A stretch of 64,000 bases of DNA from assembly GCA_002238825.1 (NCBI GenBank), contig MPNC01000002.1:51180-115179 (forward strand). The letters run 5' to 3'. Made by a program: the position numbers and the translations under genes. The notes beneath the pieces were generated by a model. The model worked only from the letters and a program-made list of their open reading frames with translations. It searched no databases and had not been told where the DNA came from. Below are positions 44,677 through 53,456 of the stretch, piece by piece; position 1 is the stretch's first letter, and each line of letters starts with the position of its first letter. Source of the DNA: SAR202 cluster bacterium bin87 (GTDB lineage Bacteria > Chloroflexota > Dehalococcoidia > Lucifugimonadales > UBA3495).

Positions 44677-45669
44677 TCAGCGGGACGGAAAACGCGCGGC
44701 AAGAACGTCGGCGATCAGTCGCGTGGCCACCTGTACGGTCAGGTCGGAAACGTCGTATGGCGGCGCGACCTCCACCACGTCAAACGCGACCAGGTTGGCG
44801 CGGGCCACCAGGGCAGTCAAACAACGGCGGCACTCCTCGTAGTACAGGCCGCCGACCTCCGGCGTACCGGTGCCGGGCGCCTGGGTTGGGTCCAGAACGT
44901 CCACATCGAACGTGATGTAGAGGTTGGAGCCGACGGGCAGACTCTGGGCTACGGCCTCCGGACCCAGGTCGCGGAACTGCCGGGTGGTCACGATGGTATT
45001 GCCGTGGGCCATGGCTTCCTCATAGGGCGTCCGCCGCACGCTGCGGATGCCCACCGACGATATTGAGCCCACATGCTCCAGCTCGTGGCAGCGGCGGATC
45101 GGGCTGCCGTGAGTCAGCAGCGTTCCCTGGTAGTCATGGGTGTAATCCAGGTGAGCGTCAAAGTGCACTATGTCCAACGGCGCGAACCGGCCCAGGCCGG
45201 CCACCGCCGGGAAGGTGATCGCATGGTCGCCGCCGAGGATCACGGGAAAAGCGCCACGCTCGGTGATCCGCGACACCACGCCGGCCAGCCGCTCGAAATT
45301 GTGCACCACGTCCGAAGGGTTCACGGTCACGTTGCCACAGTCGGCCATGGTGATGCCCCGCAGGAGTTCATCTCCGGTGTCCGCGTCGAAAAAGCCCTCC
45401 GCGTCCTGCCCCTGCCCGTAGGGATCCAGGTACGAATAGGCCCGTGGCGCGTCCCGCAGCGCATCCGGTCCGTAGCGGGCTCCCGGGCGGCCGAACGTAC
45501 CCTGGTCAAAGGGCATGCCCACGAACGCGATGTCCGTGTCCAGCTGATCTATATCCACACAGCGTGGCGACCGGAACATCGTTCGCGGCCTGCTGTCCAG
45601 GGGCGCAACATCGCCGGACGATGCATCGGGCAGGTACTGCGGGCCGATGTTGAAGTTCGATGGGCTCAT
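44677..45669 (-). CDS. Ureohydrolase (agmatinase / guanidino-acid hydrolase / arginase family)
   Basis: Mn-binding blocks ILGGDHAITFP, VHFDAHLD and ITFDVDVLDP. Confidence 0.9.
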   Translation of the reverse strand: MSPSNFNIGPQYLPDASSGDVAPLDSRPRTMFRSPRCVDIDQLDTDIAFVGMPFDQGTFGRPGARYGPDALRDAPRAYSYLDPYGQGQDAEGFFDADTGDELLRGITMADCGNVTVNPSDVVHNFERLAGVVSRITERGAFPVILGGDHAITFPAVAGLGRFAPLDIVHFDAHLDYTHDYQGTLLTHGSPIRRCHELEHVGSISSVGIRSVRRTPYEEAMAHGNTIVTTRQFRDLGPEAVAQSLPVGSNLYITFDVDVLDPTQAPGTGTPEVGGLYYEECRRCLTALVARANLVAFDVVEVAPPYDVSDLTVQVATRLIADVLAARFPSR

Positions 45670-45799
45670 ATCGTTTGATCCACTGCGGGTCGGATTGTCG
45701 GAACGGCGGCCAGGAGGGGAACGCGTTATCGCAACCCCCGCGCCCGCAGGAGTTGTTGATTATACTTGACCGCAAACGCTGAAAGAAAAGGAGTTCACC

Positions 45800-46570
45800 A
45801 TGGCACGGCTAGAGGACTACCAGGACCGGTTCCAATTCGCCAAATTTGAACGCGAGGACGGCGTCCTCCTGATGACGTTGCACAGCGACGGGGACACGCT
45901 GCAATGGGGCGCCGGCCCGCACACCGAACTGCCCGAGGTGTTTCACACCATCGGGACCGACCCGGAGAACAAGGTAATCATCATGACCGGCGCCGGCCAG
46001 GGGTTCACCGGTCCGGCCGGGAGCAGTGATACGGTGCCGCGCCGGACGCCGGAGCAGTGGGACGCCACCTACTGGGAAGGCAAGCACCTGCTGGGTAACC
46101 TGCTGAACATCGAGGTGCCGATCATCGCTGCCATCAATGGGCCCGCGTTGCGTCACTCGGAACTGCCGTTGCTCAGCGATATCGTCCTGGCCGCGCCGCA
46201 CACCACATTCCAGGATTCGGGCCACTTCATGAGCGGACTGACCCCCGGTGATGGAATGCACATCATCTATCCACTGCTATTGGGTCTGAACCGGGGTCGC
46301 TATTTCCTGCTCACCGGCCAGATGCTGGACGCGGAAAAGGCGCGGGAATTCGGGCTGGTCGCGGAAGTGTTGCCGGCGGATGAGTTGCTGCCACGGGCCT
46401 GGGAACTGGCCAGGCAACTCGCCCAGCAACCCCGCCTGGTGCTGCGCTATTCGCGCGTTCTCCTCACCCACCAGGTCAAGGGTGTCCTCCACGACATCCT
46501 GGGCTACGGGCTGGCGCTGGAGGGCCTCGGCTCCGCCCAGGATTACCTGGACCGCGGACAGGGGCGTTAG
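45800..46570 (+). CDS. Enoyl-CoA hydratase/isomerase (crotonase) family protein
   Basis: AAAGGAG RBS. VIIMTGAG..F and PIIAAINGPA blocks are present. Confidence 0.85.
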   Translation: MARLEDYQDRFQFAKFEREDGVLLMTLHSDGDTLQWGAGPHTELPEVFHTIGTDPENKVIIMTGAGQGFTGPAGSSDTVPRRTPEQWDATYWEGKHLLGNLLNIEVPIIAAINGPALRHSELPLLSDIVLAAPHTTFQDSGHFMSGLTPGDGMHIIYPLLLGLNRGRYFLLTGQMLDAEKAREFGLVAEVLPADELLPRAWELARQLAQQPRLVLRYSRVLLTHQVKGVLHDILGYGLALEGLGSAQDYLDRGQGR

Positions 46571-47868
46571 GCTCGCCTGCCGGTTTCGGCGGCATTCCGT
46601 TGCGGCGGCAACGCGGTCAGGATCAGCGCCGCGCTGCCGCCGTAGACCACCAGCAGCGTCCACCAGGCCAACACGTAAGACCCGGAGTAGTCGTGCAGAT
46701 AACCGACCAGCGGAGCGCCCAGACCGGCGGAAAGGAGATTGATCGGCATCACGATGCCCCGAATGGTTCCCAGGAAGGCGCGTCCGTAGTAGGCCGCGAA
46801 AATGTAGGTGTGCACGATCATCCCAACGCCCACGGAACACCCGAAAACGATGGTCGACAGGAACATCATTTGCGCCGATGACACATAGATCATCAACAGG
46901 ATGGCAACTATGAAGCCGGAAAACGAGACGGCGGCGAGAAACCGCGTGGGAATGCGGTCGGCCAGCCATCCGGCGACCAGGGACATTGCCGCGGCTCCCC
47001 CGGCGTCGGCAGCAAAGGACCAGGAAACCGTCAACGGATCGTAGGCTTTCTCCACAAAGTACGGGATCCGGTGAAAGCTGGCCCCACCCTGGGCCACTCC
47101 CGACAGGGCAAACACGGCAATCAGTTTCCACATTGTTCCGGTGTGGAAGGCCTCCCGCACCGTCCACACTGGCTCATCGTCGTCCGGGCGTCGCGGTGAA
47201 GCATTTGGGCCAGTCCCATCCGGCGCATCGGGGAGATCTCCGTCCACCCTCAGTCCCATGTCCTCGGGCTGACGGCGCAGGAACAAAGCCGACGCCGGAA
47301 CGGAGATTATCAGAAACAGCAGCGCCAGGATTCGCCACGTACCGCGCCAGCCGTAGGCGTCGATGAGCCACTGCGTCACGGGCAGAAAGACGATGCCACC
47401 GATCCCCAGCCCGGCGCCGGCCAACGCCAGGGCGCGCCCTCGCCGGCGGACGAACCACTTGGCGACGGGCACCGACGTCACGATGCCGTTGGGGGCGGCC
47501 AGGCCGGACGCCCCGATGAGGCCGAAGAACAGGATCAGCTGCCAGGCATGGCTGCTGAAACTTACCAGCAGCAGGCAGCCACAGATCAGGACCGCCGACA
47601 CCGGGATATACGCCCGCGGCCCGTAGCGGTCGATCAACCAGCCTACGGCGAAACTCAACGCGCCCGTGGCCAGACGCCGGGTGGTCTGCATCCAGCCGAA
47701 GGTCGCGCGCGACAGTGCCAGATCCCGCTGCATGGGCAGGACGAACAGGCCGTAGTTGAGGGTGCCGGTGCACATCGTCGAGAAGTTGATGGCAAACATG
47801 GCCGCGACGATGATCCAGCCATAGAAGATCCTCTCCCGGCGGGGAGCACGGTCGCCGGAGGCGGTCAT
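46567..47868 (-). CDS. MFS transporter (12-TMS)
   Basis: 433 aa and hydrophobic throughout. Its stop codon overlaps the crotonase stop by 4 nt (convergent genes). Confidence 0.85.
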   Translation of the reverse strand: MTASGDRAPRRERIFYGWIIVAAMFAINFSTMCTGTLNYGLFVLPMQRDLALSRATFGWMQTTRRLATGALSFAVGWLIDRYGPRAYIPVSAVLICGCLLLVSFSSHAWQLILFFGLIGASGLAAPNGIVTSVPVAKWFVRRRGRALALAGAGLGIGGIVFLPVTQWLIDAYGWRGTWRILALLFLIISVPASALFLRRQPEDMGLRVDGDLPDAPDGTGPNASPRRPDDDEPVWTVREAFHTGTMWKLIAVFALSGVAQGGASFHRIPYFVEKAYDPLTVSWSFAADAGGAAAMSLVAGWLADRIPTRFLAAVSFSGFIVAILLMIYVSSAQMMFLSTIVFGCSVGVGMIVHTYIFAAYYGRAFLGTIRGIVMPINLLSAGLGAPLVGYLHDYSGSYVLAWWTLLVVYGGSAALILTALPPQRNAAETGRRA

Positions 47869-47881
47869 TTCAAGGACAAAC

Positions 47882-47909
47882 GTAGGGGCGAATGATCATT
47901 CGCCCCTAC
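47882..47909 (-). terminator. Perfect 28-bp palindrome between the MBL hydrolase and MFS genes
   Basis: GTAGGGGCGAATGA/TCATTCGCCCCTAC. On the - strand it is followed by GTTTGTCC. Confidence 0.5.
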
Positions 47910-47947
47910 ACACAACAGTGACTCTGCGAATCTGCTTAAGGGATTCG

Positions 47948-48784
47948 TCAGATAGCCTGCCAGTAGCGTCGGCCCTGCAGCCGCACTATCTTGCCGAACC
48001 CGGGCGCGGGGAGATGCACCGCCGCCACCGGTATGCCCTCGGTCTCCAGGCGGTCCAGCACCGACTGCCGGGTGGAAATGGCCTGATCCGGGATGATGTC
48101 GGCGCGGGACGCCCAGTGGGTCTGCTGGATTTGCGAGGTGTTGTGCAGCACGTCGCCCAGCACCAGAGCACGCTCGCCACCGGAGTTGATCATGATGCTC
48201 ATGTGGCCCGGGGTGTGACCGGGAGTAGGCAACGTGGTCAGTTCGCCGGTGATGCTGTACTCGCCCTCCATCAATTCCACCAGGCCCATCTCGACCAGGG
48301 GCCACACGCAATCCGGCGCGTTGGGGAACCGGTCGGGTTGCAGAGCCGGGTCGTGGCTGGCGTCAAGGTCGACCTTGCTGAAGTAATACCGGGCGTTGGG
48401 GAAGGTCGGCTTCAGGTTGCCGCCATCGTCGCGAACGGTGTTCCAGCCCACGTGGTCGCGATGCAGGTGGGTCATCACCACCGCGTCGATTTCGTCCGCG
48501 GATACCCCGTTGCGGCCCATGTCGTCCAGCAGTTCGCCCCACGGGGTTTCGGGAGTATCCTTGGCTCCCAACCCGGTGTCGATGGCAATGTTCTTGCCCT
48601 CGGAGCGCACCAGGAAACAGGCCAGGTTGAAACTCACCTTGCGGTCGGGGGTCAGGTGATCGTGGAATGGCTCCCATTCCGAAGCCGGAATGTCGGGGAA
48701 GAAGTTGCAGATGTCAAACTCCAGTAGGCCGTCCGACAACGAAGCGATCTCCACGTTGCCGATGGTAATCTTGCTGGCAGCCAT
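47948..48784 (-). CDS. MBL-fold metallo-hydrolase
   Basis: ATG at 48784 follows GGAGGG. THLHRDHVGW (HxHxDH) is present. Confidence 0.88.
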   Translation of the reverse strand: MAASKITIGNVEIASLSDGLLEFDICNFFPDIPASEWEPFHDHLTPDRKVSFNLACFLVRSEGKNIAIDTGLGAKDTPETPWGELLDDMGRNGVSADEIDAVVMTHLHRDHVGWNTVRDDGGNLKPTFPNARYYFSKVDLDASHDPALQPDRFPNAPDCVWPLVEMGLVELMEGEYSITGELTTLPTPGHTPGHMSIMINSGGERALVLGDVLHNTSQIQQTHWASRADIIPDQAISTRQSVLDRLETEGIPVAAVHLPAPGFGKIVRLQGRRYWQAI

Positions 48785-48904
48785 TGTCCCTCCAGATGCC
48801 GTAGATTGCCGCATTCTACCACCAGCGGCCGTGCGGGACGCTCCGGCGGAGTTGCACATAGGATAGAATCGCAGGCCGCAAGTTCGGTTCGGATTGAGGC
48901 ACAA

Positions 48905-49387
48905 ATGGGCGCATATACCAGCTCACAGCTCTACACCAGGCTGATCGCGTTGGCCCTGGGACTCATTGGCGGCCTGTGCCAGACCGTGTGGGCGCAGGTT
49001 ATCGGCTTGAACTGCGGCGCGATCCAGATCGGCGAGTACGTCGTCCATACCGAGTGCCTAGCCTGGACGGATTTGTTTCTGCGGTACCCCCAGGAAGCAA
49101 CCGGCGCCATGGGCAGCGTGGTTCTGGGAGGCGCCATCGCCGGCTTCGTGGCCGGGTTCGGCAGCATGTGGCGACCCCGTTGGGCGGCGATCCTGTACGC
49201 GGCCCTCGCCCTGGCCAACCTGCTGATCATTTTTGGCGCGGCTGCCACCCAGGACCAATACGGCAAAGCTCTGGCATTGAGCGCGCTGGCGGTCGCGGCG
49301 CCGCTGGCCGCGGGCCTGCTCCTGTGGCAACGGGGCGAGTATCGCGCGCCGACCCCATCCGCGATGGTTGCTGACAGCGATCGATAG
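48905..49387 (+). CDS. Hypothetical integral membrane protein (about 4 TM)
   Basis: Internal ATG at 48905. Hydrophobic segments LIALALGLIGGL, VVLGGAIAGFVAGF, AAILYAALALANLLIIFGAA and ALSALAVAAPLAAGLLLW. Confidence 0.55.
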   Translation: MGAYTSSQLYTRLIALALGLIGGLCQTVWAQVIGLNCGAIQIGEYVVHTECLAWTDLFLRYPQEATGAMGSVVLGGAIAGFVAGFGSMWRPRWAAILYAALALANLLIIFGAAATQDQYGKALALSALAVAAPLAAGLLLWQRGEYRAPTPSAMVADSDR

Positions 49388-49432
49388 ACGGATGGAAACG
49401 GCGGATGGTACACCTGATTCAGGTTGCCACAG

Positions 49433-50749
49433 ATGAACGTCAACGACCCGCCAGAAGCGGATATCCGCCAAACACCGCCCGACCCCGACCCGCAAGAGAC
49501 GCTCCCGCCGATCACCGAAAAACAACTCGCGCGCCTCTGGCAACGAAGGGCGACGCGCAGCCGGGCGCTAAAAACGGAACGCGGTCACCGGATCCGGGTG
49601 TTGTACCCCGGGCGTCCGGGCGTCACGGCTGGACCCGACTTCCGGAACGCCCTGGTGCTGGTGGAAGACCAGGGCCTCGTGCAGGGCGATGTTGAAGTGC
49701 ATCTACGGCAGCAAGACTGGCGATCGCACGGTCACCACGAGGACCCCAACTACAATGGGGTGGCGCTGCACGTGGCGCTGGAAACGGCAGGAGCTCATTC
49801 GAACACGGCGAGCGGCCGGCAACCTCCATTGGTCGAATTGCAGGACCTGCTGGATGCTCCAGCCGATGAAGAGAGTCCGGATGAGGCCAGGGATACCCTC
49901 TGGCGGTTGCTGGAAAGACACGGCTACCGGCGGCCCGACACCGCAGAACGAATGGCCGCCCTGCTCAATCGTGCGGGAGACGAGCGGTTCCTTGCCAGAA
50001 GCCGCGTGCTGCAACAGTTGATGTCGGCGCAAGCTCCCACGCAAACCCTGTGGGAAGCCATCTGCGAGGCCCTGGGTTATCGACACAACCAGCATACCTT
50101 CCTGCAACTCGCGACCAGTGCCCCGATCGATGCGCTGGAAAGCATGGCGCGCCGGTTGCCCGCAAGGGTTCGCAGCGCAATGCTGGCCGACGCCCTGCTT
50201 GACGTCGCCGGATTTGCGGACAACCCACGACGGAGCCTAATCAACGGCGGCGGCGCGAAACTGGGCCCGCCACTGGACCCGGCGCAGTGGAAGTTGTTTC
50301 GGGTGCGTCCATCGAATCACCCGCGCCGCAGAGTGGCAGGAGCGGCTGAGTTGCTGGCCCGGTTTGCCGACGAGGGCATCCTGGGCGGCTTGACGAACGT
50401 GGCAATTTCGGACAATCCATCAACCTTGACCAGGGCGTTGAGCGTGGGCAGTGACGCTGCAGGGGGGCCGGCCCTGATCGGGCCCGGGCGGGCCGGAGAC
50501 ATTGCGGTGAACGCCGTGTTGCCTTTTTTGCACGGGTGGGCCGGGCTCTTAGGCGACGCGGTCAGATCGGCCGCGGCGCTGGAAATGTACCGCAAACAGG
50601 GGAGGCTGACGGAGAACGAAATCACCCGGGAACTGGCCGCGTCGTTGCAACCGCCGGATTGGGGACGTGTGGCCCGCACCGCGCGGCAACAGCAGGGGTT
50701 GATCCACCTGCAACGATTGTTGGCCGGCGCCGGTACCGCACAACGCTAA
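49433..50749 (+). CDS. DUF2851-family protein
   Basis: EKQLARLWQ...IRVLYPGRPGVTAGPDFRNALV...GDVEVHLRQQDWRSHGHHEDPNYNGVALHVAL matches the DUF2851 pattern as I recall it. Confidence 0.65.
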   Translation: MNVNDPPEADIRQTPPDPDPQETLPPITEKQLARLWQRRATRSRALKTERGHRIRVLYPGRPGVTAGPDFRNALVLVEDQGLVQGDVEVHLRQQDWRSHGHHEDPNYNGVALHVALETAGAHSNTASGRQPPLVELQDLLDAPADEESPDEARDTLWRLLERHGYRRPDTAERMAALLNRAGDERFLARSRVLQQLMSAQAPTQTLWEAICEALGYRHNQHTFLQLATSAPIDALESMARRLPARVRSAMLADALLDVAGFADNPRRSLINGGGAKLGPPLDPAQWKLFRVRPSNHPRRRVAGAAELLARFADEGILGGLTNVAISDNPSTLTRALSVGSDAAGGPALIGPGRAGDIAVNAVLPFLHGWAGLLGDAVRSAAALEMYRKQGRLTENEITRELAASLQPPDWGRVARTARQQQGLIHLQRLLAGAGTAQR

Positions 50750-50750
50750 C

Positions 50751-50775
50751 GGGGGCGATGCTGACATCACCCCCG
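50751..50775. terminator. Hairpin between convergent genes
   Basis: GGGGGCGAT-gctgac-ATCACCCCC (9-bp stem, 1 mismatch). Confidence 0.35.
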
Positions 50776-50798
50776 CTCACACGCCAAATCCGAATGGA

Positions 50799-51131
50799 TT
50801 ATTTCAAAGGAACAGCCAGTGACACCCGCGGTTCCTCCCCGACGTTGCGTATGATGTGCCCGTGGCCGGTAAGGTCCTCAGCGACCAGCACATCCCCAGG
50901 GCCGAACTGACGCTTGGCGCCGCTGGCCACCTCGATCTCGGCGCCGCCGGACAGGAAAACCACGTACTGATGCCTGGGCGCGGTGTGATAATCCTGCCAC
51001 CATCCGGCCGGACGCTGTCCAACCGTGAAGTCCCCGTCACCGACGTCGTTGGCGATGTCGGCAAACTGGTCGGCTGTCAGATCTTCGAAATGAGATTCGC
51101 CGTCGTCGCCGGCGTAGATACGGACAATCAT
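50799..51131 (-). CDS. Small cupin-domain protein (tandem paralogue 1)
   Basis: ATG at 51131 lies 9 nt after AGGAGG. MIVRIYAGDDGESHFEDL...GPGDVLVAEDLTGHGHIIRNVG. Confidence 0.75.
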   Translation of the reverse strand: MIVRIYAGDDGESHFEDLTADQFADIANDVGDGDFTVGQRPAGWWQDYHTAPRHQYVVFLSGGAEIEVASGAKRQFGPGDVLVAEDLTGHGHIIRNVGEEPRVSLAVPLK

Positions 51132-51159
51132 CGCGTCGTTCCTCCTGCTAACCTCTGAT

Positions 51160-51504
51160 TTAGCCTTCCGCAAGAGGAACAGCCAGGGAGACGCGGAAAT
51201 CGTCCCCGATGCTGCGGGCGATGTGTCCGTGACCGGTCAGGTCCTCGGCTACCAGTACGTCACCCGGGAACATCCGCACCTTGGTGCCGTCCGCAACCTC
51301 GAACTCGGCGATGCCGTTCATGTTGACGACGTACTGCCGGCGCGGCGCGTTGTGGTAGTCGGAGAAGCTGGGGGACTCCCGCCGGTTGACATTGATGTCG
51401 CCCGGGCCCACGTTGTTGGCAATCTCAGCGAACTGGTCCGGTGTAATTTCCTCGAAATGGCTCTCGCCATCGCTGCCAGTGTAAACGCGCACTATCTGTC
51501 CCAT
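51160..51504 (-). CDS. Small cupin-domain protein (tandem paralogue 2)
   Basis: ATG at 51504 lies 8 nt after AGGAGG. MGQIVRVYTGSDGESHFEEI...FPGDVLVAEDLTGHGHIARSIG. The long ORF-track N-terminus was rejected. Confidence 0.75.
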   Translation of the reverse strand: MGQIVRVYTGSDGESHFEEITPDQFAEIANNVGPGDINVNRRESPSFSDYHNAPRRQYVVNMNGIAEFEVADGTKVRMFPGDVLVAEDLTGHGHIARSIGDDFRVSLAVPLAEG

Positions 51505-51545
51505 GGGGGTAACCTCCTGTGTGCTGGGGTGAACGGGCTTTGGGA

Positions 51546-51884
51546 TCAACTGGCCAGGGGTATCACGGCCGTGAGACTGGGAACGTCGCCGATCACCCGG
51601 GTGGTGTGTCCCTGCCCCGTGGTGTCTTCCACCAGTCGCGCATCTCCAGGGCCGTAGCGGAACGTGGTCCCGTCGCCGAGGCCAATCTCGATCTCGCCGC
51701 GAAGGGAGATGATGTACTGTCGTCGGGGCGCCGGGTGCCAGTCGATAAAGTGTCCCGGAGGCCATTCCCGAAAGTTGATCGATTGGGCGGCCTGCGCGTC
51801 GCCCAATTCCGGATGGTCAGCCAGGCTGGTCTCTTCGATATGCGACTGGCCGTCGTCGCCGGCGTAGAGTCGGTAGATCGCCAT
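51546..51884 (-). CDS. Small cupin-domain protein (tandem paralogue 3, most divergent)
   Basis: MAIYRLYAGDDGQSHIEE...GPGDARLVEDTTGQGHTTRVIG. Confidence 0.75.
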   Translation of the reverse strand: MAIYRLYAGDDGQSHIEETSLADHPELGDAQAAQSINFREWPPGHFIDWHPAPRRQYIISLRGEIEIGLGDGTTFRYGPGDARLVEDTTGQGHTTRVIGDVPSLTAVIPLAS

Positions 51885-52193
51885 GGATTCACCTACGGTA
51901 CGGGCAGGGGTGCCCAGAGTGGGGCCATCTTACCCGTCAGTGGTATTGGGGGCAACCTGCGGGAATCGGGTTTCAAGTTGTCCAAAGACTGCAGCGCCGA
52001 ATGAGCCAGTGCGAAGATTCGCGGGTGTAACGAACCAACCCGTCGGCCTCGCACGTGACCGGTTTTGCTTGGAGACGCGGTTACGCGGGCTACCCGCTGG
52101 CGAAGGGCCAATGCCTGCATTGGAGAATCCCGGCGTGTTCGGGTAGTCTCACATCCGTACTACCCACCAGGCAATTGGATTGGAGGAGGCTGA

Positions 52194-53015
52194 ATGACCA
52201 ATACTGTTCCTGCAGATCATGAATACACCATGGGGTACAGTCCCGAGTTTTTGCAACTGCTGGACCGGCGCAACGTTGACACACACGCCGCCTATCTGCT
52301 TCCACAGCTACGCTCAGGTTTGCGATTGCTGGACTTCGGGTGCGGGCCCGGCACCATCACCGTGGGACTGGCCGCTGCGGTGGAACCGGGAGAAGTGCAC
52401 GGCGTAGACATGGAGGAGAGCCAGATTGAGATGGCCCGTGCCGCAGCCGCGGCCGGCGGGCACGACAACATCACGTTCCACGTGGGCAATGTGTACGAGT
52501 TGCCGTTCGAGGATGACTTTTTTGACGTCGCCCACTGCCACGCAGTGTTGATGCACGTGCCCGATACTCAGACTGCATTGCAGGAGGTGAAACGAGTGCT
52601 CAAGCCCGGCGGCATGTTGGCCAGCCGGGAGATGATCGGCGATTCATCCTTCATCGCGCCTGCCGGAGAACACATCCCCGAGGCGTGGGCCACCTTCTAC
52701 AGGTTGTTGGCCGCCAATGGTGGTCACCCTCAGATGGGGAAGGAACTCAAGAACGCGCTGCTCCAGGCGGGGTTTGCCGACGTCAAGGCCAACGGGTCTT
52801 TCGACTACTTCGACACGGTAGAGGAAATATCCTTTCTGCATGCATTCATCAGCGACTGGTTCTTTATGCCCGAAGTGGTTGCAGCGGCTACACAGAACGG
52901 CGTGGCGACCCGAGCTCAGTTTGATCAGTGGAGGGTTGAAATCGACCAGTGGAAGGACGAGGTCGGCGCCGTGGGAGCGCTTGCTTTAGGCGAGGCCATC
53001 GCCAGAAAACCCTGA
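52194..53015 (+). CDS. Class I SAM-dependent methyltransferase
   Basis: GGAGGAGG RBS. Motif I LLDFGCGPG and the post-I acidic residue are present. Confidence 0.88.
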   Translation: MTNTVPADHEYTMGYSPEFLQLLDRRNVDTHAAYLLPQLRSGLRLLDFGCGPGTITVGLAAAVEPGEVHGVDMEESQIEMARAAAAAGGHDNITFHVGNVYELPFEDDFFDVAHCHAVLMHVPDTQTALQEVKRVLKPGGMLASREMIGDSSFIAPAGEHIPEAWATFYRLLAANGGHPQMGKELKNALLQAGFADVKANGSFDYFDTVEEISFLHAFISDWFFMPEVVAAATQNGVATRAQFDQWRVEIDQWKDEVGAVGALALGEAIARKP

Positions 53016-53100
53016 GCGCGGTATGAGCGCATTTGCCGCCTTTACTATCCGGTGCTATGATTAACAGCCACGTCGCTAACGGTTAGCGGCGCATCAAAAT

Positions 53101-53456
53101 GGGGACGCGTAGGTTCGACAGGAGCGGTTTCTGACGGATTGCAGGCCGAGGTTGCTGCTGCCCTCGTTAAAACAGTGGCGAACAAACAACTGGCGAACGT
53201 GAATTCGCTCTAGCCGCCTAGTAGCGGCTACGTCTGTCACCAGTAAGTCCGGAAACTGGGAAGCGGACGTACAATAATTCCGGGATGCTACCCCAGGGAC
53301 ACCGATACTCGGGGCCATAGATTTTATCGGCTGGCGGTTGGGGCATCCTGTCGGCGGGAGTCCCCAGCAGCGAGACTAAATCGCCGAACACGCTTGTAGC
53401 ATATCCGATTAGGGGAGTTTCTGGACGGGGAGTGCGACTCTCCCCCGTCTCCACCA
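53101..53456 (+). ncRNA. ssrA: tmRNA (SsrA), one-piece, 356 nt including CCA
   Basis: 5' GGGGACGCGTAGGTTCGACAGG pairs with 3' CGTCTCCACCA (G3-U70). T arm GGGGAG-TGCGACT-CTCCCC. Internal tag frame GGC GAA CAA ACA ACT GGC GAA CGT GAA TTC GCT CTA GCC GCC TAG TAG (53177-53224) gives (G)EQTTGEREFALAA followed by a double stop. Confidence 0.92.

Noticed and set aside
51546-51562. A 9-nt match (CCAGGGGTA) to the att core of the tRNA-Arg island, inside cupin gene 3. It was considered as a possible distal att of a larger, older island.
   Set aside because: A 9-mer match is expected by chance in 2 x 64 kb. It lies inside an intact coding sequence, and there is no flanking similarity to the tRNA 3' end.
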